Origin: an uncultured Erysipelotrichaceae bacterium
Lineage (GTDB): Bacteria > Bacillota_I > Bacilli_A > RFN20 > CAG-826
DNA length: 64,000 nucleotides
Reading direction: 5' to 3'
NCBI GenBank assembly: GCA_902800905.1
Contig: CADCGC010000001.1
Coordinates: forward strand, 117,336-181,335
The notes below the pieces were generated by a model, which was not told the DNA's origin, made no database searches, and worked only from the letters and a program-made list of their open reading frames with translations. The first letter of the stretch is position 1. Every line of letters begins with the position of its first letter. Of this stretch, positions 36,249 through 46,947 are shown in pieces. The translations under genes and the position numbers were made by a program.

Positions 36249-38531
36249 TTATTCGTTGTCTTTGAACCTCTCATTAATCCATTTAATTAAATCATTATCA
36301 TTCATAAAACAACAATTTGAATTTCCTTGAGTAAGTATCGGAATGTATCTATTTAAGAATGGATAAATTGTAAATTTATTGAGTTGCTTTCCAATATAAT
36401 AGAATCTAACATCTGTCTTGGCCTTTCTAATACCAAGAGTTATTTTTTCACCAAACAAATCGAGTTCTTGGTAAATCCTACTTGCCTCACCATTGCTTGT
36501 TTTTCTTTTTATTAAACCAGAAGAATCTTTTTCAACAAACTCATTAAACACAAATACAAGGGTTTTACTTCTAGAAATAACATGCCAAGTTTCATTAAAT
36601 TTAAGATCTTTATCTTCGTCATTATATGAATAATTGTATAGAAAAACATTAATGCCTTGTTTTTTTAAAATATCACAAACGCGTTTTGCATCGGAATATG
36701 TGCCATCTTCTCTATTTGTTCCAAAATACGAAATAAAGACATCATAATCAAATTCTAATTGTTGAATTTCTTCATCTTCTTCTTTTGCGGGCTCATTTTT
36801 TATTGCATCAATTTTTTCACTTAATAATTCGCCAAGTTTTTCATCCTCGCAACAAATATATAGATTCATTGTTGACCTTGTCATTATTGTGTATAAATGA
36901 TTTATTAGAAAAGTATTATCAGAATAACCAGAAATACATATTTGATTATCGTCATCCAAGTGAATCATTTTTGGTAAGTATAAGTAAACAGATTCTATTT
37001 CGCGAGAAATAACGGAATATGCAGTTAAGAAATAATTATTTTGAACATCACTATCAAATAAAAGGAAAGGGTTGTCCTTATTTTTAATATTTTTGAACAA
37101 ATGATTGCCTATAGTAATCCCATCATGCAATTCGTCTGCGATGACTGGTATGACAAGATGCCTCTTACGCTGCATATCATTTAAATAAGAATCTATGAAT
37201 TTAGTCTCATCTTTCTGTATTGAAATGGAAAACTGGTTAATTGGGTGTGGTGATGAGTTATCAAAGCCTAATAAAAAACGGACATTCTTAATTATTTCCG
37301 GAGGGACACCTAGAGGTGTTGAGAAATAATATTCTCGATAATCTTTGTCACCGATTGATGCTTTAATTGCGTCAAATCCTTGATCGTATCTCGGATTTAA
37401 TCTTTGAGAATTATCGCCAAAGAATAGTGTTTGAGCGTGGTTTTTACAATTAATTATATCGTTAATTTCATCCAGCTCAGAAAGGACTCCATATTGTATT
37501 CCTCTTTCTTCAACAAGAGCAAGTCTTTGTGCTTCATCTACAATCAAATGAGATAAATCCAATTTATAATGTTTGCTTATCGATCCAGAAACCCAACAGC
37601 CATTGCTTTTGTGTTTCAAATCGTGATGAAATATCCTATCAGATGGGAATTTAGCATTTAAAACTCCAAAAGCATCTTTTAGCGATAAATAGAAATTGTA
37701 ATTCATTAATAGCAAATTGTAATCTGGGAAGTCATGAAGGAATCTCATGGCAAGTATTGTTTTGCCTGTGCGAGCAGCACCTTGACACAAAATGTACTTA
37801 ATGCCACTATCAATGTCGTTTTTAATGTCTACATATGCTTCCTCGTTTTCTGGAAAGAAATCAATTCTTCCATAGAATGCTTTTACACAATCAATTGAAT
37901 CCTTATTTTCGTTTTCGATTAGACTCAATTCCCCAGCAACATCTTCAACAAATATATTAGATTTGCTTTTGCCAAAAAGTGGTTTTTTATTTGCTTTTGC
38001 AAATCTATATTTGGAATTCCAATAATGAATATGAAAATCTTTGAAACTAATTTCAGAATCATCATCACATATAATCAAAACAAAATATATAAACGATCTA
38101 ACAAACCAAGAAGATTTTGCTTTTTTAAAATAGCTAAAAACATGATGGTTAACAGTATCTAAATTAGCAATATTAATTTTGCTACTAGGAAATCCGTTTG
38201 TGCTATCCCAACGAATGTTTTCATCGTTAGGCGTAAAACGATAGTTCTCTTTATTAGAGTCACTTAAATATTCATAAGCGTCTTGTTTATTTATAAAATA
38301 AAAAATGCAAGTTCTCCAATTTCGCTCGATATATTTATTTCCAAGATGGCTTTTCTTTTCTTGAGAATTTCTAACAATTGCAATATCAAAAGGATTATTA
38401 ATCAGAACGTTGTCTTGTCCAATGCATGGTTTTTGATCAGTACAAACGATATTTTTAAAAAAATAATCAATATATTGGTCCTTCCTTTTGCAGTAAGACC
38501 TTTTTATCAATTCCTTATAATTCATTTCCAT
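36249..38531 (-). CDS. Unknown N-terminal domain + DUF2075/Schlafen-like SF1 helicase + C-terminal TIR domain
   Basis: QGAARTGKT, LIVDEAQRL, GDNSQ, YTIMTR, then YDVFISY..GINVF..ISRSKTLVFVF..IYQEL. Confidence 0.7.
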   Translation of the reverse strand: MEMNYKELIKRSYCKRKDQYIDYFFKNIVCTDQKPCIGQDNVLINNPFDIAIVRNSQEKKSHLGNKYIERNWRTCIFYFINKQDAYEYLSDSNKENYRFTPNDENIRWDSTNGFPSSKINIANLDTVNHHVFSYFKKAKSSWFVRSFIYFVLIICDDDSEISFKDFHIHYWNSKYRFAKANKKPLFGKSKSNIFVEDVAGELSLIENENKDSIDCVKAFYGRIDFFPENEEAYVDIKNDIDSGIKYILCQGAARTGKTILAMRFLHDFPDYNLLLMNYNFYLSLKDAFGVLNAKFPSDRIFHHDLKHKSNGCWVSGSISKHYKLDLSHLIVDEAQRLALVEERGIQYGVLSELDEINDIINCKNHAQTLFFGDNSQRLNPRYDQGFDAIKASIGDKDYREYYFSTPLGVPPEIIKNVRFLLGFDNSSPHPINQFSISIQKDETKFIDSYLNDMQRKRHLVIPVIADELHDGITIGNHLFKNIKNKDNPFLLFDSDVQNNYFLTAYSVISREIESVYLYLPKMIHLDDDNQICISGYSDNTFLINHLYTIMTRSTMNLYICCEDEKLGELLSEKIDAIKNEPAKEEDEEIQQLEFDYDVFISYFGTNREDGTYSDAKRVCDILKKQGINVFLYNYSYNDEDKDLKFNETWHVISRSKTLVFVFNEFVEKDSSGLIKRKTSNGEASRIYQELDLFGEKITLGIRKAKTDVRFYYIGKQLNKFTIYPFLNRYIPILTQGNSNCCFMNDNDLIKWINERFKDNE

Positions 38532-38979
38532 GCCTTTATTTTAATCTTATAGATGTCTAATTAAAACAACATTCTCTAGAGAATAATTTTGAAAAAAGAG
38601 TTAAAGAATTATTTGAAATCACTATTCGTTTACTCTTTTTTTATCCTCGTATGTATCTAGTAAGAAATTTATGTATGCTGACACACAATCCACCGCTAAA
38701 AGCCAATATCTTCTTTGGAGATTAGTGAAAGCTCTTTATTTTCTTTGACCATCGCCATGCTTATTCCTCGGCGAGTTCAAAAAGACTTGCTTACTGGTCC
38801 CTTATTAGCAGCGTAGTCAGCAATATTTAATTAAGAATTTTATCAATAATAAGAATAAGGCGGTTAAAACGTTTTATTGTGTTTTAATTTAGCGAAGTTT
38901 TTATTCGCCTTCATCGTTTAATATCGTTAATGTCTTTTTTTAATGTGGCATGCTCTATTAAAAGATTATAAAGTTAGCA

Positions 38980-40956
38980 TTATTCAATGCCAAGTTTTTT
39001 AAAAAATACTCTATTTCTCAACTCAGAATCACTTATCATTTTATCAAAAGATATCAATTCAATATAGGCGTTATAGTTTTTTGAGAATAAAAACGCCCCC
39101 TTTTCATTATCAAAATAGGTAAAACCTAGCATTTTGATAACATTCTTAAGAGTTGGGGTTATGTCACAAACAGCATAAAGAAAATATTGAGTGTTATTGC
39201 CGACTCTTATTGGCCTTCCTTTTTTATCTAAAGCATCTCCTTTTTGGATTTTTTCAAGATACTTAATCAATTGTGTGTATGGATTATCTTCTATTGTGTA
39301 ATCATCTCGTTGGGGACGTTTAATTTCAAATATCGAAATTGTGTTATAAAAAGTTGATTCATCATCATCGCAAATAACAACCGGACTATCACAAACAAGA
39401 ATATCCGGCCTATTATTATCCGGATCGTTGCCTAATGCTATATCAGAAGCAACATAAATCGAATATGATAGCTTTTCGTCAATTAACCATAGGTTATGGC
39501 TCTCATAATTGCACGATTCGTTTGTGGATTTCATCGGAAATACCAAATTATGGATAACTTTTTCAAGCTCATATTTTCCATTTTCTCTTTTTCTAAGCGC
39601 TCTCTTAAAGATATCAAGAATAATTTTTCTTTTAGCAATATAATTTGTTAGAGCCGATTTATTCATTTCCGAAACTTTGTTGATTGTTTCAACAAGCTCT
39701 TGCTCAAAAGAATCATCTAAACCATCAGCATCGATTTTTTCAAGCACAGTATCACAATCTTTTTTTACTTCTTTTTCTAAATCTCTTTTAATTCTAAACA
39801 AAGAATCGTCAAGCTCTTCATCGCTAAGTCCAGGTTTCAATTTACTAATTTCTTCTTTTCTTCTATCGAGCAAATATCTATATTCAGGAGCCTGTTTAGT
39901 TGTATATTCTGCAACTCTTTGCATTTTTTCTACACTTGCTTTCTCTAAATATTTAGATAAAAACACCTTAGTCTTAGATACAGCTTCTCTTGTTATTCTG
40001 TTTATGGAAATCTCATATTCACTATCTTCATCAATTGAAAAAGATTGCCTATTATAATCGACATTTAGGTCTAAATAATCACCTGTCAAAATTCCAAGAT
40101 ACCAAAAACCTTCTTTAGCAAAAATTGTTTCATCTAAGTCAGTTATATTTTCATCAATTTTTTTGCTCTTAGCCAATCTATCGTTTGCACAATAATAAAG
40201 TTTATTTTGTCCGAACTCTTGGTTTTTAATTTTCATGTGGGTGATGTTGAAAAAATAATTATCTATAACAAAAGAGTCCTTTTTAGAATCACCATAATAA
40301 TCATTTCTAAACATTTCATTTATACAAATGCTATTTTCGCTGTCAATTAGATAAATCTTTGGACAACTATCAGACAGCAAACACACTATAAAGTGCTCAA
40401 TTGTTTTTGTGGCTATTGTAAAGATATTTGTTGGAACGTAATTTTTAAACTTCTCATTTATACCAATCATTTTAATGGTAGTAATTAATTCTTGCTCCTC
40501 AATATCAGTTACAGAATCTTCTATGTTATCTGAATTTTTGCCAAAAACAAAAGATCTCCTTAAATATTTGTCATTATCTTTATAAACGCTGTCAATTTCG
40601 ACCAAATTAAAAACTTTAAGCCAAGAAAACCTACCGTTACCTTTCCCACCATATTTTTCTTTTAGACGAGAATCGGACGTCATAAATGAATTCATATTTT
40701 CGTCAGTAAAACCTATCCCGTTATCCTTGATGATAAACTGGTCGATTGAACTATTATTATAATCTTCAAATAAATTATTTTCTCTCAACAATTCAATCTC
40801 AATCCTTCCATCAAACATAGATCCAGTTTCTTTTCTTTGATTAATTGAAAAAATTGAATTCGCAATCGCTTCAAATAAAGGCATAAGTGAATCGTTTTTC
40901 GTTAATCGATAATTATTTACTTTGCCTTTTATATTCATTGAATAATCTCTTCTCAT
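38980..40956 (-). CDS. GHKL (MORC-like) ATPase with C-terminal PD-(D/E)XK nuclease
   Basis: EAIANS, DNGIGF, GGKGNGRF, HNLWLIDE, RPDI..IFEIKRP. Exact start uncertain (40938, 40956 or 40977). Confidence 0.8.
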   Translation of the reverse strand: MRRDYSMNIKGKVNNYRLTKNDSLMPLFEAIANSIFSINQRKETGSMFDGRIEIELLRENNLFEDYNNSSIDQFIIKDNGIGFTDENMNSFMTSDSRLKEKYGGKGNGRFSWLKVFNLVEIDSVYKDNDKYLRRSFVFGKNSDNIEDSVTDIEEQELITTIKMIGINEKFKNYVPTNIFTIATKTIEHFIVCLLSDSCPKIYLIDSENSICINEMFRNDYYGDSKKDSFVIDNYFFNITHMKIKNQEFGQNKLYYCANDRLAKSKKIDENITDLDETIFAKEGFWYLGILTGDYLDLNVDYNRQSFSIDEDSEYEISINRITREAVSKTKVFLSKYLEKASVEKMQRVAEYTTKQAPEYRYLLDRRKEEISKLKPGLSDEELDDSLFRIKRDLEKEVKKDCDTVLEKIDADGLDDSFEQELVETINKVSEMNKSALTNYIAKRKIILDIFKRALRKRENGKYELEKVIHNLVFPMKSTNESCNYESHNLWLIDEKLSYSIYVASDIALGNDPDNNRPDILVCDSPVVICDDDESTFYNTISIFEIKRPQRDDYTIEDNPYTQLIKYLEKIQKGDALDKKGRPIRVGNNTQYFLYAVCDITPTLKNVIKMLGFTYFDNEKGAFLFSKNYNAYIELISFDKMISDSELRNRVFFKKLGIE

Positions 40957-41175
40957 TTTTAAACCTCGCCCCACCATTAGATTAATATCTCATCGAAATG
41001 CATATACGTTGTCATAGTTTGATGTGTGATACTTTTTCTTTATTAAATTAAAACACGCAGTTAACAAATAAGAGTTAACTATCTTTTGTGCATTGTATAG
41101 ATCCATATTATCTATTATGGAATATCCACGATATTAATTTTATATCATAAAATATGTTTTAGTTGATAATAATAT

Positions 41176-41380
41176 TTAAAAGTGCCAAAAGAGCTTCCGC
41201 CACTAGTTTTGGATTATCTTAAGCTAAACCAGTAAATAGTTCACCAACACCAATGTGATGGTTATATAAATTAGAGAAATATAAATCTAATAATTCATCA
41301 GCCTTGTCTTTAAGCTGTAAAGGTCCAAATGGATTAGAAAAATATATTTCCACCATTCCTTCTTCACTTGTTGCTCCTAA
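41176..41380 (-). pseudogene. Degraded copy of the 3' end of the PEPCK-like gene
   Basis: Translates LGATSEEGMVEIYFSNPFGPLQLKDKADELLDLYFSNLYNHHIGVGELFTGLA*DNPKLVAEALL, matching the end of 22620..24215. A 12-bp deletion creates the stop. Confidence 0.9.
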
Positions 41381-41588
41381 AACGAGACATTATCTAACCA
41401 GCGTTGTTATTACCACTATAAGGACTAAATTCATCGCTTATTCTAGATAAATGACCACTGCATTCAATAAACCACTATCGTTAAATACCTACATTTTCGA
41501 CCAATGAAAAACTATATTCACTAATTGATAATTACATTAAACAAATAAGTAAAGCAAAAATAAGAATCACTCCACTTCTTTCTTTATA

Positions 41589-41624
41589 AAGCGGTTACCA
41601 GGGAACATAGTTCTGGGGTAAGCG
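41589..41624. repeat. 36-bp dispersed repeat, copy 2
   Basis: aagcggttaccagggaacatagttctggggtaagcg. Confidence 0.85.
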
Positions 41625-41716
41625 TGGTCTAGCGACATTAACTATATTGCATAATGAAAAAGAGACTAGTAATAACCCTATGCCTCCTTCTAGTGTTAAA
41701 TTTGAGAAGAAATAGA

Positions 41717-42742
41717 TTATTTCTTGCAGTAAAAACTATAATACCATTCAGCAAAATGTCTAAGACCGTCTCTTAAACTTGTTGATGGTTTATACCCAAA
41801 ATCTTTTTCTAAATCAATTGTATCAGCATAGGTAATAGGAACATCGCCTTTTTGCATTGGTACGAGTTTTTTATGAGATTCAAAATCGTAATCTTTTGGA
41901 AGAACACCCGCTCTAATGAGTTCTTCCGATAATATTTGAACAAAGTCTAATAAATTCTCTGGATTGTTATTGCCGATGTTATAAATCTTATATGGAGGAA
42001 TTGGCAATCCATCTTCTCCATCTTTCTTTTCAGGAACTTTATTCATTACTCTGATAATTCCATCCACTATATCATCTACATAAGTAAAATCTCTTTTACA
42101 ATTACCATAGTTAAATATTTCAATAGTTTCACCTTTAATTAATTTGTTAGTAAATGAGAAATACGCCATATCAGGTCTTCCCATTGGGCCATAAACCGTA
42201 AAGAAACGTAATCCTGTAGTTGGGATGTTATAAAGTTTACTATAAGCATGCGCTAAAAGTTCGTTACTCTTCTTTGTTGCGGCATATAAGCTAACTGGAT
42301 TATCCACTTTATCATCAGTGCTAAAAGGAACTTTAGTGTTTCCACCATAAACAGAAGATGATGAAGCATACACCAAATGTTTAACTGGATGATATCTACA
42401 CGCTTCTAAAATATTATAGAATCCAATAATATTTGAATTGATATAGACATCTGGGTGGTCAATAGAATACCTGACACCAGCTTGGGCTGCTAAATTCACC
42501 ACTACATCAAATTTGTTCTCATTAAATAATTTATCAATGAATGGTTTGTCTGAAATATCACCTTTGATAAATTTGAATTTTTTAAAATTAGAAAGCATTT
42601 TTAATCTTTCTTCTTTTAAAGAAACATCATAATAATCATTAATGTTGTCTAAACCAATAATTTGATTGTTAGTTGTTTCTAATAGTTTTTTGCATAAGAA
42701 TGCGCCTATAAAACCGGCAGCACCTGTAACTAAAATTTTCAT
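41717..42742 (-). CDS. UDP-glucuronate 4-epimerase-like NAD-dependent epimerase
   Basis: TGAAGFIG, LAAQAGVRYS, SLYAATKK, RFFTVYGPMGRPDMAY. Confidence 0.88.
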   Translation of the reverse strand: MKILVTGAAGFIGAFLCKKLLETTNNQIIGLDNINDYYDVSLKEERLKMLSNFKKFKFIKGDISDKPFIDKLFNENKFDVVVNLAAQAGVRYSIDHPDVYINSNIIGFYNILEACRYHPVKHLVYASSSSVYGGNTKVPFSTDDKVDNPVSLYAATKKSNELLAHAYSKLYNIPTTGLRFFTVYGPMGRPDMAYFSFTNKLIKGETIEIFNYGNCKRDFTYVDDIVDGIIRVMNKVPEKKDGEDGLPIPPYKIYNIGNNNPENLLDFVQILSEELIRAGVLPKDYDFESHKKLVPMQKGDVPITYADTIDLEKDFGYKPSTSLRDGLRHFAEWYYSFYCKK

Positions 42743-42744
42743 TA

Positions 42745-43953
42745 TTAATCTCTTCTTAATAAATCCCTTGTATAAACTTTATTCTTGACATCATCTAATG
42801 ATGCATCATATCTATTAGCGATAATCACATCAGACATCTTCTTAAATTCATTAAAGTCTCTAATTACTTTACAATTAAAGAATTCTTCATCTTTAAGAGT
42901 TGGTTCATATATAACTATCTTTACAGCCTTTGCTTGTAATCTTTTCATAACACCTTGAATAGATGATTGTCTGAAGTTATCACTACCGGATTTCATAGTA
43001 AGTCTAAATATACCAACAGTAACATCATCATGACCATCATTTCTATATCCTGCTAGTTTTAGGACTTGATCACAAATAAACTGTTTTCTTGTTCTATTTG
43101 ATTCCACTATCGCGGAAATAAGATTTTCTGGTACATCCTCAAAATTTGCTCTTAACTCTTTAGTATCTTTTGGCAAACAATATCCACCATAACCAAAAGA
43201 TGGATTGTTATAGAAATCGCCAATACGTGGATCGCCACATACACCTTTAATGATATCTAATGTATCTAATCCTTTTGTTTGAGCAAAAGTATCTAATTCA
43301 TTGAAATATGCAACTCTAAGAGCAAGGTAAGTATTAGCGAATAATTTAACAGCTTCTGCTTCAGTGCATCCTAAGATATGCACGTCGATATTTTCTTTAA
43401 TCGCACCTTGTTGTAATAATTCAGCAAATTCTTTTGCTTTAGATAAGTAAGGTTCTTTTTTCTCTGGAACACCCACCACAATACGCGATGGATATAAATT
43501 GTCAAATAAGGCTTTTCCTTCTCTTAAGAATTCAGGAGAAAAAAGAATCTTGTCATATTTATGTTTTTCTCTTGCTTGTTTAGTAAAACCAACGCCCACT
43601 GTTGATTTAACAATAATCCAGGCATTAGGATTAACTCTCTTAACTTGTTCAATAACTGATTCAACGCTAGAAGTATCAAACTTGTTAGTAACACTATCAT
43701 AGTTGGTTGGAGTAGCAATAATAACTATATCTGAATCTTTATATGCAGAATCTCCATCTAATGTCGCTACTAAATCTAATTTTTTATTCACCAAATATTC
43801 TTCAATTTCTTTATCTACAATTGGAGATTTTTTATTGTTAATTAAATCAACCTTAGACGCTACTACGTCTACGGCATATACTTTGTTATTTTGCGATAAA
43901 ATTATCGCATTTGATAATCCAACATATCCTGTGCCTGCTACCGAAATAATCAT
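42745..43953 (-). CDS. ugd: UDP-glucose 6-dehydrogenase
   Basis: [39 protein letters not shown]. Confidence 0.95.
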   Translation of the reverse strand: MIISVAGTGYVGLSNAIILSQNNKVYAVDVVASKVDLINNKKSPIVDKEIEEYLVNKKLDLVATLDGDSAYKDSDIVIIATPTNYDSVTNKFDTSSVESVIEQVKRVNPNAWIIVKSTVGVGFTKQAREKHKYDKILFSPEFLREGKALFDNLYPSRIVVGVPEKKEPYLSKAKEFAELLQQGAIKENIDVHILGCTEAEAVKLFANTYLALRVAYFNELDTFAQTKGLDTLDIIKGVCGDPRIGDFYNNPSFGYGGYCLPKDTKELRANFEDVPENLISAIVESNRTRKQFICDQVLKLAGYRNDGHDDVTVGIFRLTMKSGSDNFRQSSIQGVMKRLQAKAVKIVIYEPTLKDEEFFNCKVIRDFNEFKKMSDVIIANRYDASLDDVKNKVYTRDLLRRD

Positions 43954-43989
43954 AAATTAATACCTCCACAAAAAATAATCAAATCTACT

Positions 43990-46947
43990 TTAATCAAAAT
44001 ATATATTTGAGTCATATACCGAAACATTAGTGCCTTTAAATGTGTTGTTAATCCTTTGAATTAGTTCTTTTTTATCAACATTCTTTTTAAGAATAACTTG
44101 TAAAAAGCCTCCTCCACCAGCACCAACAACCATTCTTCCACAAATCAAATCATCAATAGAATCAAATATCTGTTCAATTAAAATATTCGAGCTTCCTTTA
44201 TCAATCATCTTTGATAAAGTCCAATGATTATCTAACAATTTGCCAAACAATGATATATCACCCAATACTAATGCATCTTTCATTTGAATAGCAATATTTT
44301 GAATTCTTTCCAAAGCATAAAGAGTATCTTCGTTATTTGTCAAATAATTAGAAATGACGCTTCTTAAAAGATTTCTTGCCAACCTTCTTTGACCAGTAGA
44401 TATCAAAACAAGTCTATTGTTAAATTCATCAATCGTTTTTTTAGAAAGGGTTATTTTTTCAACAATAAGTTTTTGGACAAGTCCAGGTTTAGATGTAATT
44501 ACTTTAATTCCTGGATAAAGACCACCAATTTGGTCTTGCCATCCTCCGCCAGTGGACATTATTTGTTCGACACACAAAACAATTGATGAAATTTTGTCAT
44601 TGCTTGCTTCGATGCCAAAAAAATCAAAGACGGCCTTTACACAGCAAGCAGCGAGGATTGATGATGTTCCTAGCCCACTTCCTTTTGGAACATTTGACAC
44701 TTCCGATTTCAAAATAAAACCACCACCAACTCTCTTTAAAATTGCCGTAAGATTGCCACCTTTGATGGGAATGACACCCGTGGCAACTAAAACGGCTTTC
44801 GGCAGAGCAAATTCATCATATGGATTGCCGGTTGATTGCAGTGATTTAGTATCAGAAAATTCACAGTAAGATTTCATATCATCACTTTTGAAGATAATTT
44901 TTCTTTCACTGATTTTTTGAATAGAAACGGAAACAGGCATCTCGTTTTTTAATAAAATAGAAGCATTTAATACAGTCCCTCCATGTTCATTACAATAAGG
45001 AGGTGTGTCGGACCATCCACCACCAAAATTAATACGCAGTGGCATTTTGATTATGGTTTTCTCTTTGGAAATTCTTAATTCATCATTGTATGAGATGGTG
45101 CTTTTATAGGCATTAATAATGTTTTGATTGATAATTCTATAAGCTTGTCCAATATAATCAACATTATCATCAAGTAATTCATTTAAAAAATGATAAATTT
45201 TAGCTTGATCAATAAATGAAATAGTTTCACTTTTTTCCTTCAACCACTCTTTTTGGTTTTTGGATAAATGCTTCTTGGTTTGAATTTTTTTGATTTCTAT
45301 TGCTGAGCTCTTATTTTTAACAAGAGAATATAGGTTTTCCATCTTGATTATGTCGATTAACTTGTTGTTCCACTGGAAAATTGACTCACTATTTGATTTA
45401 TTAAAACTACTGTTAAGAGATTCTCTTTTTTTAGAAATCCAAACATCAATATGGCCCTGTGAAATGAAAATATCGTAAAGATTAAGTGATTGATTTAATG
45501 CTTCATCAATAGTGTCACAAACAGGATAAATATTCGCATTCCACAAAGACAAATCGTCATTAAAAACATTATCTGAATTAATATTTAATTCTTTCATTTT
45601 GTTAACAATGTCAATACCAAATAATTTATTCTCTTTTGGGTTGTCGTTAATTCCAAAAATTCTGACTACAAACTTATTGTTGTCTAGTTTTAAACCATGC
45701 ACAACAACATCGCTTGGAATCTTAACATTTTTAAGTTCTAAAAAAGATACAATGGAATTATTCCCAATGTTGACATTCTTATGAACATAAGATGATTCAA
45801 TATAAACATTCTTGCCAGATATTGTTGAATCTTCAACAACACTCAAATAAGAAGAAGAATTGTTTAAAAGGTTAGAGGAACATATGTTTTTATTCCAACC
45901 AAAGTATGAGTAATTATCTAGTTCAATTGTGTGTAATTCAAGCACTTCTTTGCTTGTTCCAAAATGAACAAATTTTGCTTGAGTAAACGATTCAAGTATT
46001 ATTCGATATTTTCTTAACACATTCCAAACCTTTGTCCTTGCATTAAGTAACTCGCTATTAATTGTTCCTTCTGGTTTTTCTTTATAAAATTGTTCTAATG
46101 TTGATTTTTCAGCTAACGGATATAAGAAGTCGCCATAAAAAGATAGGCGAACTTTTTTATTTACTAATTCACTATATTTATTTTTATCATCGACCAAAGA
46201 ATACAGGTCATTAAGAATGCATGAGGAAAAGAATACAGCGCCTGTATCTATATTAATTCTTCCATTAGTATCGGAAGCATTTTGTTTTAAAAACTCATAT
46301 GGTTGCTTATGCAAAAATGATGCAATCGGAGAATCTTCTTTACCAACAAAAACACCATGGCTTTCCCCTGTTTCTGGAGTTTCTTTAAAAGAAATTGCAG
46401 CAGCGTTTTGCTTTGGCTGGTAAAAATCAAGATTGTTAAATACCAGCAAAACATCTCCAGATAAAATAAGTGATCCTGATTTGATTTTTGTTGGAATATA
46501 ACTTACCGACATCAACAATTCATCAAATAAAGTTGATGGCTCTCCATCCATTAAAACGTGTGGCACGGGAGCAAACAATTTTCCAATAGCACTATATTGA
46601 GGTATTCTTTTAGAATCACCACCACTATGGATAATTAGAATTCTTCTTTTATTAAAGTCACAGTTATACTTTTCTTTAAGGTCCTTTATTACAGATAAGG
46701 TGGCGCCGCCAGAGCCCACTCTTTCATCTAAATAATCAGGGACGACAATAAATTGCGTTTGTGATGGAAGGCGATTCCTCCTGCGTTCTATTTCTTTAAG
46801 GTATCTATTTGCCTGAGTTTTGTTTGATGCAGTTATACAAACAAAATCCCAACTTAAGGCGTTTTTATTTTTAATACATTGGTTATAATAGTCTACACAA
46901 TCTAAATAATAAGTATTAAGAAATGATGAAAACTTTTCCATAAACAT
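43990..46947 (-). CDS. fkp: Bifunctional L-fucokinase / fucose-1-phosphate guanylyltransferase
   Basis: GSGGAT and HSGGDSKR pyrophosphorylase motifs, then GHMP kinase motifs GGGWSDTPP, PKGSGLGTSS, GGGWQDQ, GAGGGGF. Confidence 0.88.
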   Translation of the reverse strand: MFMEKFSSFLNTYYLDCVDYYNQCIKNKNALSWDFVCITASNKTQANRYLKEIERRRNRLPSQTQFIVVPDYLDERVGSGGATLSVIKDLKEKYNCDFNKRRILIIHSGGDSKRIPQYSAIGKLFAPVPHVLMDGEPSTLFDELLMSVSYIPTKIKSGSLILSGDVLLVFNNLDFYQPKQNAAAISFKETPETGESHGVFVGKEDSPIASFLHKQPYEFLKQNASDTNGRINIDTGAVFFSSCILNDLYSLVDDKNKYSELVNKKVRLSFYGDFLYPLAEKSTLEQFYKEKPEGTINSELLNARTKVWNVLRKYRIILESFTQAKFVHFGTSKEVLELHTIELDNYSYFGWNKNICSSNLLNNSSSYLSVVEDSTISGKNVYIESSYVHKNVNIGNNSIVSFLELKNVKIPSDVVVHGLKLDNNKFVVRIFGINDNPKENKLFGIDIVNKMKELNINSDNVFNDDLSLWNANIYPVCDTIDEALNQSLNLYDIFISQGHIDVWISKKRESLNSSFNKSNSESIFQWNNKLIDIIKMENLYSLVKNKSSAIEIKKIQTKKHLSKNQKEWLKEKSETISFIDQAKIYHFLNELLDDNVDYIGQAYRIINQNIINAYKSTISYNDELRISKEKTIIKMPLRINFGGGWSDTPPYCNEHGGTVLNASILLKNEMPVSVSIQKISERKIIFKSDDMKSYCEFSDTKSLQSTGNPYDEFALPKAVLVATGVIPIKGGNLTAILKRVGGGFILKSEVSNVPKGSGLGTSSILAACCVKAVFDFFGIEASNDKISSIVLCVEQIMSTGGGWQDQIGGLYPGIKVITSKPGLVQKLIVEKITLSKKTIDEFNNRLVLISTGQRRLARNLLRSVISNYLTNNEDTLYALERIQNIAIQMKDALVLGDISLFGKLLDNHWTLSKMIDKGSSNILIEQIFDSIDDLICGRMVVGAGGGGFLQVILKKNVDKKELIQRINNTFKGTNVSVYDSNIYFD

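Noticed and set aside
14594-38816. 14-bp match tattagcagcgtag at 14594 and 38803
   Set aside because: The flanks do not align, and a match of this length is compatible with chance.
38580-38830. Possible coding remnant between the GHKL and helicase-TIR genes
   Set aside because: Only short interrupted frames are present and no parent gene can be identified by eye.
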